A stretch of DNA of 64,000 nt, from the IMG/VR virus record IMGVR_UViG_3300031994_000009; one strand, 5' to 3'. Within the stretch, counting starts at the first letter, position 1, and each line of letters opens with the position of its first letter. Source of the stretch: a virus. Taxonomy: Duplodnaviria; Caudoviricetes. Below, in pieces: positions 30,295 to 41,439 of this stretch. A program made the position numbers and the translations under genes. Under the pieces are notes generated by a model. That model was given only the letters and a program-made list of their open reading frames with translations. It did not search any database and was not told where the DNA came from.

Positions 30295-30314
30295 TTAAAA
30301 ACGAAAACAGGAAA

Positions 30315-32384
<2,070 letters not shown>

Positions 32385-32389
32385 CTATA

Positions 32390-32851
32390 TTATTTTTCTA
32401 AAAATTTCTTAAATCTCTCCACGTTAGGTTTATCAAGATCGATCGTGTTCTCTTCTATATCACTTTTGGTATAATAATCATCAGACTCGCATGCATTGTA
32501 ATAACAGTAATCAACGAATCTTAGCAGATTTGGATTAGGAAGATCAACCTCGAAAACATCTTTCCAAATGACAGAAAACCTTTCAGCCCAATAATTCTCC
32601 TCATCTTTTGTCAAAGATCTACTTGTTCCAAAATCTCCACTATCTTCTCCATATGTATAAAATAGAACATAACTTAAATAGTAGTTTATGCGTTCACCAT
32701 CATCAAGCACTTCTATTTCAAACCCTATATTATTAGTATCATGAAAAGAAGATATTTCTATAAATTTACTGTCTAATTTTTCATCAATTATATCATATCT
32801 TTGATCCCAAATAGGATACATCACAGACTTTTTATGTGCGTAATCACTCAT
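32390..32851 (-). CDS. Hypothetical protein
   Basis: ATG at 32851 (MSDYAHKK); YCYYNAC motif. Confidence 0.6.
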   Translation of the reverse strand: MSDYAHKKSVMYPIWDQRYDIIDEKLDSKFIEISSFHDTNNIGFEIEVLDDGERINYYLSYVLFYTYGEDSGDFGTSRSLTKDEENYWAERFSVIWKDVFEVDLPNPNLLRFVDYCYYNACESDDYYTKSDIEENTIDLDKPNVERFKKFLEK

Positions 32852-32855
32852 AATT

Positions 32856-33881
32856 TTAATATGGTTTTGGTGCAAATTTCACAAATTCAGATCTCAATGC
32901 ATTAAGCCTTGGCTGATACATTTTCTTATATTCTTCCCACTCATGAGATGGAACAACATCATCAACGTAGAGTTCTCGCCAATAGTTATTCGCGGCAGAA
33001 TAATTCTTGATTTCGCCATAAGTAACGATCTGTTTTGCAAACTCATACAAACGGAAACAATGAAACAATGATTTGATTGCCCTATACCAATCATAATCTG
33101 CCTTCACTGTAAGTTTCTTGTGGCATTTTGCCCAACTATTGTTCACGATAGCAGATACGTTCTGGCGCAATTTCCATCGATCGAGTTCGATGTGTTTCTG
33201 GTATCCGCGCATAAACCCGACATAAAACTCTTCTGGAAGATATAACGCCTCATATGCAACAATGTTGTTGTCAATTATCATCTTTATAAAATCACTTCTT
33301 CTAACATAAAACACATGAACAGGAAGATTCTTGTACATTTCATCCAAGTTCAACAATAGCTTATCAATCATCTTGCTATCCCCTTTTTTGTAATCGTCTA
33401 GTCTTTCATACATACAATCTCCACCATACATCTTAGGTAAGGAAATATAATCATCCACGACAGCAACCACATCGACATCTGATCTATCCGTTGGTTCAAT
33501 TTCATACACAACCGATCCTCGGAAAAACGCAAAATCTATATGGGAATCGATCTCATCTTGTTCGCTTGGGAAAGGAGGATCAATCACAATGTCTAATCTT
33601 TCTTCCAATTTGCTGTGAACAAGTTTCGTGAATTTTTTCGCATAGTCCGAACATATATCCAACGCAGGATAATATTCATCCTCGTTATACATATTTTCAC
33701 AATCGATTCCGATATATTTTGCAACAACACCAACGAATAAATCATTGGTATCTTCATAGATCGAATCAAAAGACACTTGTTTCTCAAGCCATTCGCCAGT
33801 TATTGTTTCATCAACATACTTATCATACGCTTTATCAAGAGCACATCTTATATCTTCTAAATTGTATTTTTGATTTTCCAT
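32856..33881 (-). CDS. Pol-beta superfamily nucleotidyltransferase
   Basis: GS.VY...SDVDVVAVV (GS + DxD) and C-terminal KSLFHCFRL. Start placed at ATG 33881, after the promoter. Confidence 0.7.
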   Translation of the reverse strand: MENQKYNLEDIRCALDKAYDKYVDETITGEWLEKQVSFDSIYEDTNDLFVGVVAKYIGIDCENMYNEDEYYPALDICSDYAKKFTKLVHSKLEERLDIVIDPPFPSEQDEIDSHIDFAFFRGSVVYEIEPTDRSDVDVVAVVDDYISLPKMYGGDCMYERLDDYKKGDSKMIDKLLLNLDEMYKNLPVHVFYVRRSDFIKMIIDNNIVAYEALYLPEEFYVGFMRGYQKHIELDRWKLRQNVSAIVNNSWAKCHKKLTVKADYDWYRAIKSLFHCFRLYEFAKQIVTYGEIKNYSAANNYWRELYVDDVVPSHEWEEYKKMYQPRLNALRSEFVKFAPKPY

Positions 33882-33896
33882 CAATAAAACATTTGA

Positions 33897-33910
33897 TGCA
33901 AATATACAGA
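33897..33910 (-). promoter_or_regulatory. Bacteroidetes-type host promoter TCTGTATATTTGCA
   Basis: TAnnTTTG core upstream of the NTase-ligase operon. Confidence 0.7.
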
Positions 33911-33915
33911 TTTTT

Positions 33916-33923
33916 AATAAATA
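33916..33923 (+). promoter_or_regulatory. T4-type late promoter AATAAATA
   Basis: 21 bp upstream of ATG 33945, back-to-back with the host-type promoter. Confidence 0.6.
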
Positions 33924-33944
33924 CAGAAACAAATTTTTTAAATA

Positions 33945-34178
33945 ATGGGAAAATCATCAGATCAGAACATGAAGCTCGTCGACGTAAATTGTGGAAGGAT
34001 GGTCCCCATGGGAAACCTTAATCCTAACGTCGCTGGGAGTTACGCATATATGAGGAATGAACTTGACCAGAAACAACATTCAAGCAAGAGTTTCCATGCT
34101 GGAACGAGCTACGGATTTACACCAGGATACACAACAAAAGGATTAAATAACGTGCAATGGGGAGTGGCAACGTTTTAA
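33945..34178 (+). CDS. Small late hypothetical protein
   Basis: 77 aa, follows a late promoter. Confidence 0.55.
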   Translation: MGKSSDQNMKLVDVNCGRMVPMGNLNPNVAGSYAYMRNELDQKQHSSKSFHAGTSYGFTPGYTTKGLNNVQWGVATF

Positions 34179-34858
34179 AGAAAATATCCAAAGAAGACAA
34201 AGAATCGATTAAATATCTTCTTGAGAATTACACTGCAGAAGAACTTCTGTCGGAAAGCAAAATAGGAAGGAAAATCCTACCTTACCTTGGCGCTGGTTTG
34301 ATGGCTATGTCGTCTTGCTCGATCGATCCAAAAATCAACGCTGAAAAAGAACCGACGGAAATCGTATCTGACACTTTGACCAATAACACCAACAAATTGA
34401 TCGATAACAGAATAGAAGCCGCAACCGAATACATAGACGCAAATCTGAAAAGAAACGGGAAAAGCATAGACGATGTGCCATTTGATATAGCCGATCTTGT
34501 GATCGCTTGCTATGAAAATGACTTCGATCTCCCTCTTGCCATGGCGCAACTCCAGAACGAATCCCATTTCGGGACAGATGGAGATCGACAGAGAAAAACA
34601 AAAAGCCTGTTTTCTTTAGGGCTATACGACAACGGGACAAACAAGAAATACTACAACACGTACAGGGAGTCGATCGAAGATTACATAGACAAGATGAAGG
34701 AACACTATTTGCAAAACGGGAAAGTTTCCGTCAACAAACTATTAATGAACTTCGTTGATGATCAAGGCCACAGATATGCACAAGATCCTAACTATGAAAG
34801 ATCTATAATTTCAACAAGAAACAAAATAATCAAAACATATCCAATTTTAGCAAATTAA
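34157..34858 (+). CDS. GH73-type glucosaminidase (peptidoglycan hydrolase)
   Basis: LAMAQLQNESHFG (catalytic Glu), S.F.LG.YD, ESIEDY and the YAQDPNY motif. Confidence 0.8.
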   Translation: MGSGNVLKKISKEDKESIKYLLENYTAEELLSESKIGRKILPYLGAGLMAMSSCSIDPKINAEKEPTEIVSDTLTNNTNKLIDNRIEAATEYIDANLKRNGKSIDDVPFDIADLVIACYENDFDLPLAMAQLQNESHFGTDGDRQRKTKSLFSLGLYDNGTNKKYYNTYRESIEDYIDKMKEHYLQNGKVSVNKLLMNFVDDQGHRYAQDPNYERSIISTRNKIIKTYPILAN

Positions 34859-34885
34859 AAGAGCGGCCATCTGGTCGCTCTTTTT
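34857..34885. terminator. Bidirectional intrinsic terminator
   Basis: AAAAGAGCGGCCA-TC-TGGTCGCTCTTTT between convergent units. Confidence 0.8.
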
Positions 34886-34886
34886 A

Positions 34887-35131
34887 GGTAATTATATACT
34901 TGTTTGCACAAATATAGTTGTAATTATTTAATTTTCGGCAAAAACTAACTTTCTAATTGAATTTCTGATTTAATATATGTGTGATAGTCTATATATTCTG
35001 TTATCACTTTGTTTTTTAATATGGTTGTTCTGTATATTGGTTTCTCAAAGTCGTAAACCATGCGGATATTTTCAAAATCAAATGTCATTTTAATATTACT
35101 TTTATTGTATTGATTCTTTTCTGTGCCATCA
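34887..35131 (-). mobile_element. Putative single-gene cassette bounded by inverted arms plus the conserved 26-bp site
   Basis: The site at 34887-34912 is 25/26 identical to 16544-16569. The inverted arm TGTGCCATCA at 35122-35131 is identical to 16828-16837. They enclose a 47-aa ORF between the portal stop and its terminator. Confidence 0.5.
34945..35088 (-). CDS. Small hypothetical protein (47 aa; cassette cargo), not in the ORF track
   Basis: MTFDFENIRMVYDFEKPIYRTTILKNKVITEYIDYHTYIKSEIQLES*, read directly from the sequence. Confidence 0.45.
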   Translation of the reverse strand: MTFDFENIRMVYDFEKPIYRTTILKNKVITEYIDYHTYIKSEIQLES

Positions 35132-35136
35132 GGTTT

Positions 35137-36921
35137 TTATGCTTCTGGCGCAGGTTCTGGTTCTGCAGTTGGTTCTGGCTCTGGTGCTGGTTCTTCTCCG
35201 AAGCCTCCAGCTGGTTCTTCAAACCCTCCTCCGCCGCCAAACTCACCGAATCCTCCTCCAGATTCATCTCCGAAACCACCGCCAAGTTCTCCCATTCCAC
35301 CACCTTGTTGCGCTCCAGCTTCCGCAGCCTGTTGCTCTTCTTCCTTTCTCATCTTCTCTATCAGTTTCCATTCATCATCTGTTATACTCAGATATTTCTG
35401 GACAAGATACTTCATCGGGAACAACGGCTTTCCGTCCGCACCATTCAATCCAGAAAGCTTGGTTATAATATCAGAAGCTATGCCAAGTATTGCAGCTTCC
35501 TTTGCAAGCCTGAACAGATTCTCCTCAACCCACTTTAACCCTATTGCGTTTTTCAACACGTCGTTTCCAGCAAATTGATGATTGTGAAGGCAAAACTGGA
35601 TCCACGTAGGTTTGATCAGAATCTCCTCGACAATGTCACGAATTTGTTTCACAAAGAGAGAGAACCTGTATTCCTCCCTTGTCATGTTGTTACTATCTGG
35701 GATAGATGACACATCATTACCGTCAAAAAGCATATTAAACCTGTCTTTCGGAAGCTTGGATTCGATGATGAATCTCTGCCAGAACCATTTCAACTGTTCC
35801 GTCGAATTCATGTCGTGACCCTCGATCCCTATCTCGCTAATCTCGGTAGAAGTCCCCTCTTTCGACGGGAATATCATCGTCTTGGCAAAACTGAACTTAG
35901 GCTGACCGTTTACCGTGATTTCCCCAGAGAAATTGTCAATGTTTATATCCTCCTTGTAATAAGCCTCAAGCTGGCGAAGCCTTGTCTTTGCGACCTGATC
36001 AGATTCCGTTCCGATCGGAACGACGATCTTTATACGTTTTTGCGCATTCTGGATATTCCATATGATACGGGAGTTTTCAAGGGTCCTCAACATGTTAAAT
36101 GAATGGATAAGCCTCTCGCAATAAGAAAAATGCGAAACGAAGTTTGTTTTTGCCCATGAAATATAGATGACATTTGTGTCAAGCAGAACCCTTTCGTTTT
36201 CTGCGTCACCCTTGTTTATGACCCAGACCTTATATTCCCTTTTATTGTTGTCAAACCTGATCTCTGGCTGCAACTTTGTCGGATCCAACTCCTTGAAACC
36301 TATAATATCGTCAGCAACACCCTTGTCGTTTTTCTTATCGGAATAGATGATCTCGAAAGCAAGGAAACCATCGACAAGGAACTTCTTCACATAATGCCAA
36401 GCATCGTTCGACTTGTTGAAGTTGAACATGTGGTAAACCCTTCGATAAGCCTTGTTAAGCTCATCTACGATCTTCTTCCCGTTCTCTGGCTTCAGTATTG
36501 AGCGAAGCTGCCTTGTATTAGGATAAGCGAAATAGTGCATGTCGTCGTTCACTATGACCTCGTTCGCTATGGTCTCAAGAACAAACTCAATCTCACCCTG
36601 CAACGCGAACTTCCTGAGGAAATCCCTTCGCATCTGATAAGTCTGATCGTAGAAAGCGATGAAATTGTTGTTTCCAGCTATATTGTCATATTGTCGCGTA
36701 AAGAGATCGTCAGCCCCGAACATTCCACTGTTCACAGCACCGAACACGTTCGGATCCATGCTTCCTGGTTCTTCCGTGGAACGCATCTGCTTTATAAGGG
36801 AACTATTCCACTTGATACCTAAAGCGCTAAGATTAAGAAGGTTCCTTTCGAATGCCCTGTTAGCACCTTGGTTGACTTGGGCGATCGATGTCCCCAAAGA
36901 TTTCAATGTATATCTTGGCAT
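35137..36921 (-). CDS. gp20: Portal vertex protein (T4 gp20-like)
   Basis: EIEFVLETIANE, FLVDG..AFE, FNMLRTLENSRIIW, EG.STEI and TREE.RF motifs, with an acidic Gly/Pro-rich C-terminal tail. Confidence 0.88.
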   Translation of the reverse strand: MPRYTLKSLGTSIAQVNQGANRAFERNLLNLSALGIKWNSSLIKQMRSTEEPGSMDPNVFGAVNSGMFGADDLFTRQYDNIAGNNNFIAFYDQTYQMRRDFLRKFALQGEIEFVLETIANEVIVNDDMHYFAYPNTRQLRSILKPENGKKIVDELNKAYRRVYHMFNFNKSNDAWHYVKKFLVDGFLAFEIIYSDKKNDKGVADDIIGFKELDPTKLQPEIRFDNNKREYKVWVINKGDAENERVLLDTNVIYISWAKTNFVSHFSYCERLIHSFNMLRTLENSRIIWNIQNAQKRIKIVVPIGTESDQVAKTRLRQLEAYYKEDINIDNFSGEITVNGQPKFSFAKTMIFPSKEGTSTEISEIGIEGHDMNSTEQLKWFWQRFIIESKLPKDRFNMLFDGNDVSSIPDSNNMTREEYRFSLFVKQIRDIVEEILIKPTWIQFCLHNHQFAGNDVLKNAIGLKWVEENLFRLAKEAAILGIASDIITKLSGLNGADGKPLFPMKYLVQKYLSITDDEWKLIEKMRKEEEQQAAEAGAQQGGGMGELGGGFGDESGGGFGEFGGGGGFEEPAGGFGEEPAPEPEPTAEPEPAPEA

Positions 36922-36928
36922 CTGAAAT

Positions 36929-37606
36929 TCAATTCTTTTGTGTTGCCTTATTTATCTGTGGCCGATATTGATTGGCAATAAATTCCGCCTGAAGTTTCGC
37001 GAGATTGACTCCACGGACGGCATCCTTGAACGACAGAAATGGAATATATTTCCATTGATCATATTCTATCATCCTAGTTTTCAGCATATTGCTTCTTGAA
37101 TATGTTCTGACACAAGACGATATGTCAATGTTTGTCCTTGATTTGATGTATTGGAACACACCACTTATGCCCTTCATAAGCGCAACACCGAGATCCTCGT
37201 TGACTTTCAATTCATTCCCATCATTTCCAACATTGTCATAAAACTCTTTATAAGAATCCGTCAATATGTCAAGCAAAACCGCCCTGACGTCGTTAGGAAG
37301 AAAATTGAAATTTATCCCAGTGACCGTTCTTTGATCTGCACCCGTACATAATATCATAGGACACATGTCATAGAAACTGTTTCCGAAAGCTTCTTCCTTT
37401 TCCTGCTTGACGTACATGAAAATATAGAACATGGATGGTATGAAGTTTGTCGGAGACGATCGTTCCATGTCCATTCCACCGATCTCTCTAATCTTATCGT
37501 TGCCTACCTTGTTTTTTTCCAGCAGATCGTTCACCAAAACATCAAAAGCAAGAGCTTCGGCTTTGTTTCTGTCAGATTTCCTATAAAGTTCGATAAAAGT
37601 TCCCAT
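36929..37606 (-). CDS. gp2: DNA end protector protein (T4 gp2-like)
   Basis: The FYIFMY...YD.CP.I...GINFNFLP pattern resembles gp2 (Y.F.Y...YD..P...GLNLHYLP). Near the gp4-like gene. Confidence 0.6.
   Translation of the reverse strand: MGTFIELYRKSDRNKAEALAFDVLVNDLLEKNKVGNDKIREIGGMDMERSSPTNFIPSMFYIFMYVKQEKEEAFGNSFYDMCPMILCTGADQRTVTGINFNFLPNDVRAVLLDILTDSYKEFYDNVGNDGNELKVNEDLGVALMKGISGVFQYIKSRTNIDISSCVRTYSRSNMLKTRMIEYDQWKYIPFLSFKDAVRGVNLAKLQAEFIANQYRPQINKATQKN
36949..36956 (-). promoter_or_regulatory. T4-type late promoter GATAAATA
   Basis: 27 bp upstream of the portal ATG, inside the end of the gp2-like gene. Confidence 0.6.
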
Positions 37607-37610
37607 TTAA

Positions 37611-37784
37611 TCATTTCTTTGGTGTTTTTCTTTCAAGCCATTCATAATCATCAAGCCACTTATTTCTTAGAGCATTATTATAAGCCGCAAAATTTCCAAG
37701 TTCAAAATCATAACGAGTTTTATATTTTTTAGCTTCTTCGTAACAACGATCATAGTCGTTCCAATATCCTCTTGGTTTTGCCAT
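37611..37784 (-). CDS. 57-aa stand-alone repeat unit of the kind seen in homing-endonuclease DNA-binding arrays; not in the ORF track
   Basis: MAKPRGYWNDYDRCYEEAKKYKTRYDFELGNFAAYNNALRNKWLDDYEWLERKTPKK fills the gp4-gp2 gap exactly. Confidence 0.6.
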   Translation of the reverse strand: MAKPRGYWNDYDRCYEEAKKYKTRYDFELGNFAAYNNALRNKWLDDYEWLERKTPKK

Positions 37785-37785
37785 T

Positions 37786-38376
37786 TCACCCTATAATCCC
37801 CATCTTTTCGAGAGTCACCTCCGTATAAACCTTAAACTCAAATCCTTTTGATTTACACCAAGCAATAGCCGCTTCCCATTTTTTTATATTCTGAAGATAA
37901 TTCTTAACTGCAGTAACATAAGCCTTTTGTTCCTTCAACCTAGCTCCAACTGGTGGTGCGATCGGTCTTTCGGTTTGATATTTTGGTTTAATCTCTATAA
38001 TCAGTTTTATATTTTCTGAACCATCTTGATCTAAATCTTTTCTCAAACAAACATAAAAATCTGGATAATAGTTAGAAACAGGCCAGTTTACTGGATTATT
38101 TGGATCTGCGTTACAACGCTTACAAGCATCGAAATCAACTCCAGCTGGATTTCGATATTGAATACAACAAGGCTCCCCTCCCCACTCTATCACAGCAGGA
38201 TTGTTATCACACCATCGCGCAAAGGCTAACTCCCACCCTGATCTATATATTACATCTCCGCCAACGAGTTTTTCATGGTGTTGCGGAATGTATACACCCT
38301 GATGTGATTTACCAGAATCGTTCTCCATCATTGGTTTCGGTGGATGTGCTTTCTTATAAGTCTTTACATCTGCCAT
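37786..38376 (-). CDS. gp4: Head completion nuclease (T4 gp4-like, TnsA-type PD-(D/E)xK)
   Basis: IYRSGWE..F..WCD, YYPDF, IEIKP..QT, N..KWEAA and F.V.TE. Confidence 0.85.
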   Translation of the reverse strand: MADVKTYKKAHPPKPMMENDSGKSHQGVYIPQHHEKLVGGDVIYRSGWELAFARWCDNNPAVIEWGGEPCCIQYRNPAGVDFDACKRCNADPNNPVNWPVSNYYPDFYVCLRKDLDQDGSENIKLIIEIKPKYQTERPIAPPVGARLKEQKAYVTAVKNYLQNIKKWEAAIAWCKSKGFEFKVYTEVTLEKMGIIG

Positions 38377-38378
38377 TT

Positions 38379-38840
38379 CTATCTTCCTAATTTAATTTCT
38401 TCAACCTTTATTCGGTTCTGTATAGCATATATAATCCCGTCGATCGTCTTGATAGTGTTGTCAAGATACGAAAGATGGGAATCCATTATGTCGATGAGAT
38501 ACTTCTCGTCAGACAGCTGGGCCTCGATCTGATCCCTGATCGCAGCCTCTGTCGGGAACATATATGTCGTCGCCCCTTGCGCCGTCTTGATCATCCTAAT
38601 CTCTTTATAAAGATTTGCGTACTTCTCCTTGTATACCTTTGTCCACTTTGCGATTGTTGCCGCAAGGGAATGATAATTCTCGACAGCTTCCTGACGCTTG
38701 GTATAAACATTTGACTGCAATACAACGATCTTGTCCATGTCTTTCAGACATGTGTTCATCTCTGTAATCCAGTTTATCCAATATTCACGGCGTTCCGAGA
38801 ATTTCTGCTCTATGTCGGCGAATTTATTCTGTTGCTCCAT
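38379..38840 (-). CDS. uvsY: Recombination mediator UvsY-like
   Basis: Helical 153-aa protein with C-terminal YLDNTIKTID..IYAIQNRI resembling UvsY; close to uvsX. Confidence 0.65.
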   Translation of the reverse strand: MEQQNKFADIEQKFSERREYWINWITEMNTCLKDMDKIVVLQSNVYTKRQEAVENYHSLAATIAKWTKVYKEKYANLYKEIRMIKTAQGATTYMFPTEAAIRDQIEAQLSDEKYLIDIMDSHLSYLDNTIKTIDGIIYAIQNRIKVEEIKLGR

Positions 38841-39814
38841 CAGAACTTAAATTGATCCTTTAAATATATGTCGTATGCGATTTTCGGAGCCTGCTCCTCG
38901 ATCTTCATCTTTGCCTTAACGACACGATCTTTCAGAAAATTAAAGGCTGGTCTGAATTTCTTGAATTTGTTTCCTGTCAACGCATTGACTACTTTGACTA
39001 TGTCTTCGCTATTTTCCCCAGTTGTGTCGCTTAAAGCAAGATTTTGTAACTCGTTCAACATATCAATGACACTCATAAGTTTCTTATAAGTCTCCGTTGA
39101 CTGTATCGCTCTTGTAAACGTCAATGCTGTAAACATCGCTTTTACATTCCTGTAATGTTCGAGTTCTTGCCTGATTTGGGCAACATGCGCATTTCGTTCC
39201 GATCGATCGGTGAAATAGATAATCTTGTCGATATAGTTTTCTATGGTGTTTCTTGAATTTTTCGCGATCGTTGAATATCCCTTCATAAAAGAATTTCCAG
39301 GTCTTTTCTTTCCTCCGCTATTGACAAACAGTTCGTAATCGTTGTATGCGTGCGTCAACTCGTGTCCAAGGGTCTTACCGATCAATCTCCTTATTCCAAG
39401 ATTGTCACAGCCATTCACTTTTATATAAATTTCTGGAAAAAACTGTACGGAATCTCCATCATATCTAAGCAAGCTCTTTTCATTATACAATCCAGAAATT
39501 TCATCTGTTTTATAACTGGTATTATAATCAACAATAATGGTAATTTTAAACCCTGTAAAGAAAACATCAACTCCCTTGAAAATAGACATATCATCATAGA
39601 TAAATCTATTCTCTGTATTTTCTTCCATCAAACCAACGTCTGGATTTATGCGTTTATATAACGCTTGAATCAAATCAGCAACGTTATCGACATAACCATG
39701 CGATTCGAGAACACTATATGATGCTGAACTCAACTCCATAGCACAATGTCTGAAAAGATGTTCCGTCAAAACATCTTCAAAAAGATGATCGATTTTTTCA
39801 TTATTTTTTCTCAT
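38840..39814 (-). CDS. Putative zinc metalloprotease (HExxH), paralog B
   Basis: GHELTHAYND plus ERNA. Shares blocks such as GVDVFFTGF and [16 protein letters not shown] with 12692..13654. Confidence 0.6.
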   Translation of the reverse strand: MRKNNEKIDHLFEDVLTEHLFRHCAMELSSASYSVLESHGYVDNVADLIQALYKRINPDVGLMEENTENRFIYDDMSIFKGVDVFFTGFKITIIVDYNTSYKTDEISGLYNEKSLLRYDGDSVQFFPEIYIKVNGCDNLGIRRLIGKTLGHELTHAYNDYELFVNSGGKKRPGNSFMKGYSTIAKNSRNTIENYIDKIIYFTDRSERNAHVAQIRQELEHYRNVKAMFTALTFTRAIQSTETYKKLMSVIDMLNELQNLALSDTTGENSEDIVKVVNALTGNKFKKFRPAFNFLKDRVVKAKMKIEEQAPKIAYDIYLKDQFKF

Positions 39815-41043
39815 CACTCGTCCTCCCCCAAAAATTCGGAAATATCATCGTTTTTCTCACTTGACGGAAGTTCGAAACTTGGCCTGATTATAGTCTCGTC
39901 TAATTTTCTCAGAAGATCTTCTGTAAGAACCTTTGGAGAAAACAGCTCTATCGCTGGAACCTCTTTTCCGAGATGTTTTACGACAATGTTCTTTGAAGTG
40001 TCTTTTGGGAAAGCATAGCATTTCTCCCCCTTCTCGTTTGTCATCTCCTCGCAAACCTGCTTCTCAAGATCGCTCATCTTTTCATAATCCTTTACACTGA
40101 TGATTTTCCCTTTCATTATTCCAGAATTTTCCCATGACAAATAAGCCTCTATACCGATATAAGGATTCGGGGCCTTGAAGAAAGGGATCCAGAACTTGAC
40201 TTTCTGCGGGATAGTGAAACGAGACTTCTCTGGTTTAGCCGTAACAATGACACCAGTCTTCGTAAATTCTCCTACCTTTTTCTCAGCGATCTTCTCAGAC
40301 TCCCTGTCATCTAGCTTTGCCGTGGAAAGCAAAAGGGTGACAGATGCGTTAAAGTTGATACCAGACCCTCCAGTAACGATCGTCTTCGAGAACATTTCCT
40401 GTGTACGATAGATATGACTGTTCACCACAAAGGGATATCCAAGCCTGCCAAGGATCGTCGCGTTTGTCCTAAAAAGCGCTTTAACTTCCTGCTGCTTTGT
40501 GAGGTCTCTTTTGCCATTTCCCTCAATGGTATCGTTCAATTCCTTGTCAGAAGTCAAGTTTCCGAGAGAATCCAGCACGAATATGATTTTCGGCCTCTCT
40601 TCTTCTGGCATTTCCATCATTGTCTTACATGTTCTTGATATGAATGTTGACACCTCAGAGATTGTGGTAACTTGCTTTATGATGAAATTGTCAGTATCGC
40701 ACCCAAGGCGCTTCACGAAATCAAGATCGATCGCAGACTCAGAATCCATATAGATTGGTGTATATCCTTTCTTTTGAGCATTCCTGCAGATGCTTAAGGC
40801 AAGATACGACTTTCCAGTACCTGGATCTCCAGCAAGAACAGTACAACGTCCAGCTGGAACACCCTTGAACAACGATCCGCTTATCGCAGCATTCAGAATA
40901 TAACTGCCAGTATCAATATAATCGGAAATAACAGCCGTCTTACTCTCTCCAAGAACCTCTGCTGATTTGTCGAATTTTGATATGATATCGAACACTGAAG
41001 TTTTCTTCGATGAAGATTCCACCGATAATGATTTCTTTGCCAT
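39814..41043 (-). CDS. uvsX: RecA-like recombinase UvsX
   Basis: DTGSYILNAAISG, Walker A (GDPGTGKS), DSE, Walker B (VLDSLGNL), NSHIY and TGG.G. Confidence 0.9.
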   Translation of the reverse strand: MAKKSLSVESSSKKTSVFDIISKFDKSAEVLGESKTAVISDYIDTGSYILNAAISGSLFKGVPAGRCTVLAGDPGTGKSYLALSICRNAQKKGYTPIYMDSESAIDLDFVKRLGCDTDNFIIKQVTTISEVSTFISRTCKTMMEMPEEERPKIIFVLDSLGNLTSDKELNDTIEGNGKRDLTKQQEVKALFRTNATILGRLGYPFVVNSHIYRTQEMFSKTIVTGGSGINFNASVTLLLSTAKLDDRESEKIAEKKVGEFTKTGVIVTAKPEKSRFTIPQKVKFWIPFFKAPNPYIGIEAYLSWENSGIMKGKIISVKDYEKMSDLEKQVCEEMTNEKGEKCYAFPKDTSKNIVVKHLGKEVPAIELFSPKVLTEDLLRKLDETIIRPSFELPSSEKNDDISEFLGEDE

Positions 41044-41054
41044 TTTGATTTCTC

Positions 41055-41351
41055 CTATTTTTCTTTTTCTATGATTTTTATAAAATTATCCTTTCTCATG
41101 CAACGCCAGTCGTCCTTTTTCAGATCCCAGTAGTTCAGAACGTCTTTATTCGTGTTCTTTATCCTGTCATCGCCTCGATCGATCTCTGGAATAAGGGATG
41201 GTTTTAATGTACCTCTAGCTTTCCTCTCTGTTCCGTCAATTTTCTGATACACAAACTCAACAACATCTTTCTTCAGCAATCTCCTTAGCCTTTGGAGTTC
41301 TGATCTCTTGGTCTTTCTGGCCTCTGATATTTGTTCAATACTACTCATCAT
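41055..41351 (-). CDS. SH3-like beta-barrel protein (WYL_2/DUF2693-like)
   Basis: VVEFVYQKIDGTERKARGTL...YWDLKKDDWRC. Start placed at ATG 41351 because the late promoter abuts 41378. Confidence 0.7.
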   Translation of the reverse strand: MMSSIEQISEARKTKRSELQRLRRLLKKDVVEFVYQKIDGTERKARGTLKPSLIPEIDRGDDRIKNTNKDVLNYWDLKKDDWRCMRKDNFIKIIEKEK

Positions 41352-41378
41352 ATTATATCGAGAAAAAAATGGTTTCAT

Positions 41379-41386
41379 TATTTATA
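41379..41386 (-). promoter_or_regulatory. T4-type late promoter TATAAATA
   Basis: Exact consensus, 27 bp from ATG 41351. Confidence 0.65.
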
Positions 41387-41405
41387 GAGGTTAATTTTTC
41401 GTACC

Positions 41406-41413
41406 GATAAATA
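41406..41413 (+). promoter_or_regulatory. T4-type late promoter GATAAATA
   Basis: 26 bp upstream of ATG 41440, divergent from the previous promoter. Confidence 0.7.
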
Positions 41414-41439
41414 CACAAAATGTTTGTTTTACAAGTAAA

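Noticed and set aside
35137-35340. GC-rich low-complexity stretch as a separate repeat element or ORF
   Set aside because: It encodes the Gly/Glu/Pro-rich C-terminal tail of the portal protein, a common feature of gp20 homologs.
37786-38376. Tn7-like transposon (TnsA domain)
   Set aside because: Sequence and context (near gp2 and the portal gene) match the T4 gp4 head-completion nuclease; there is no TnsB or TnsC.
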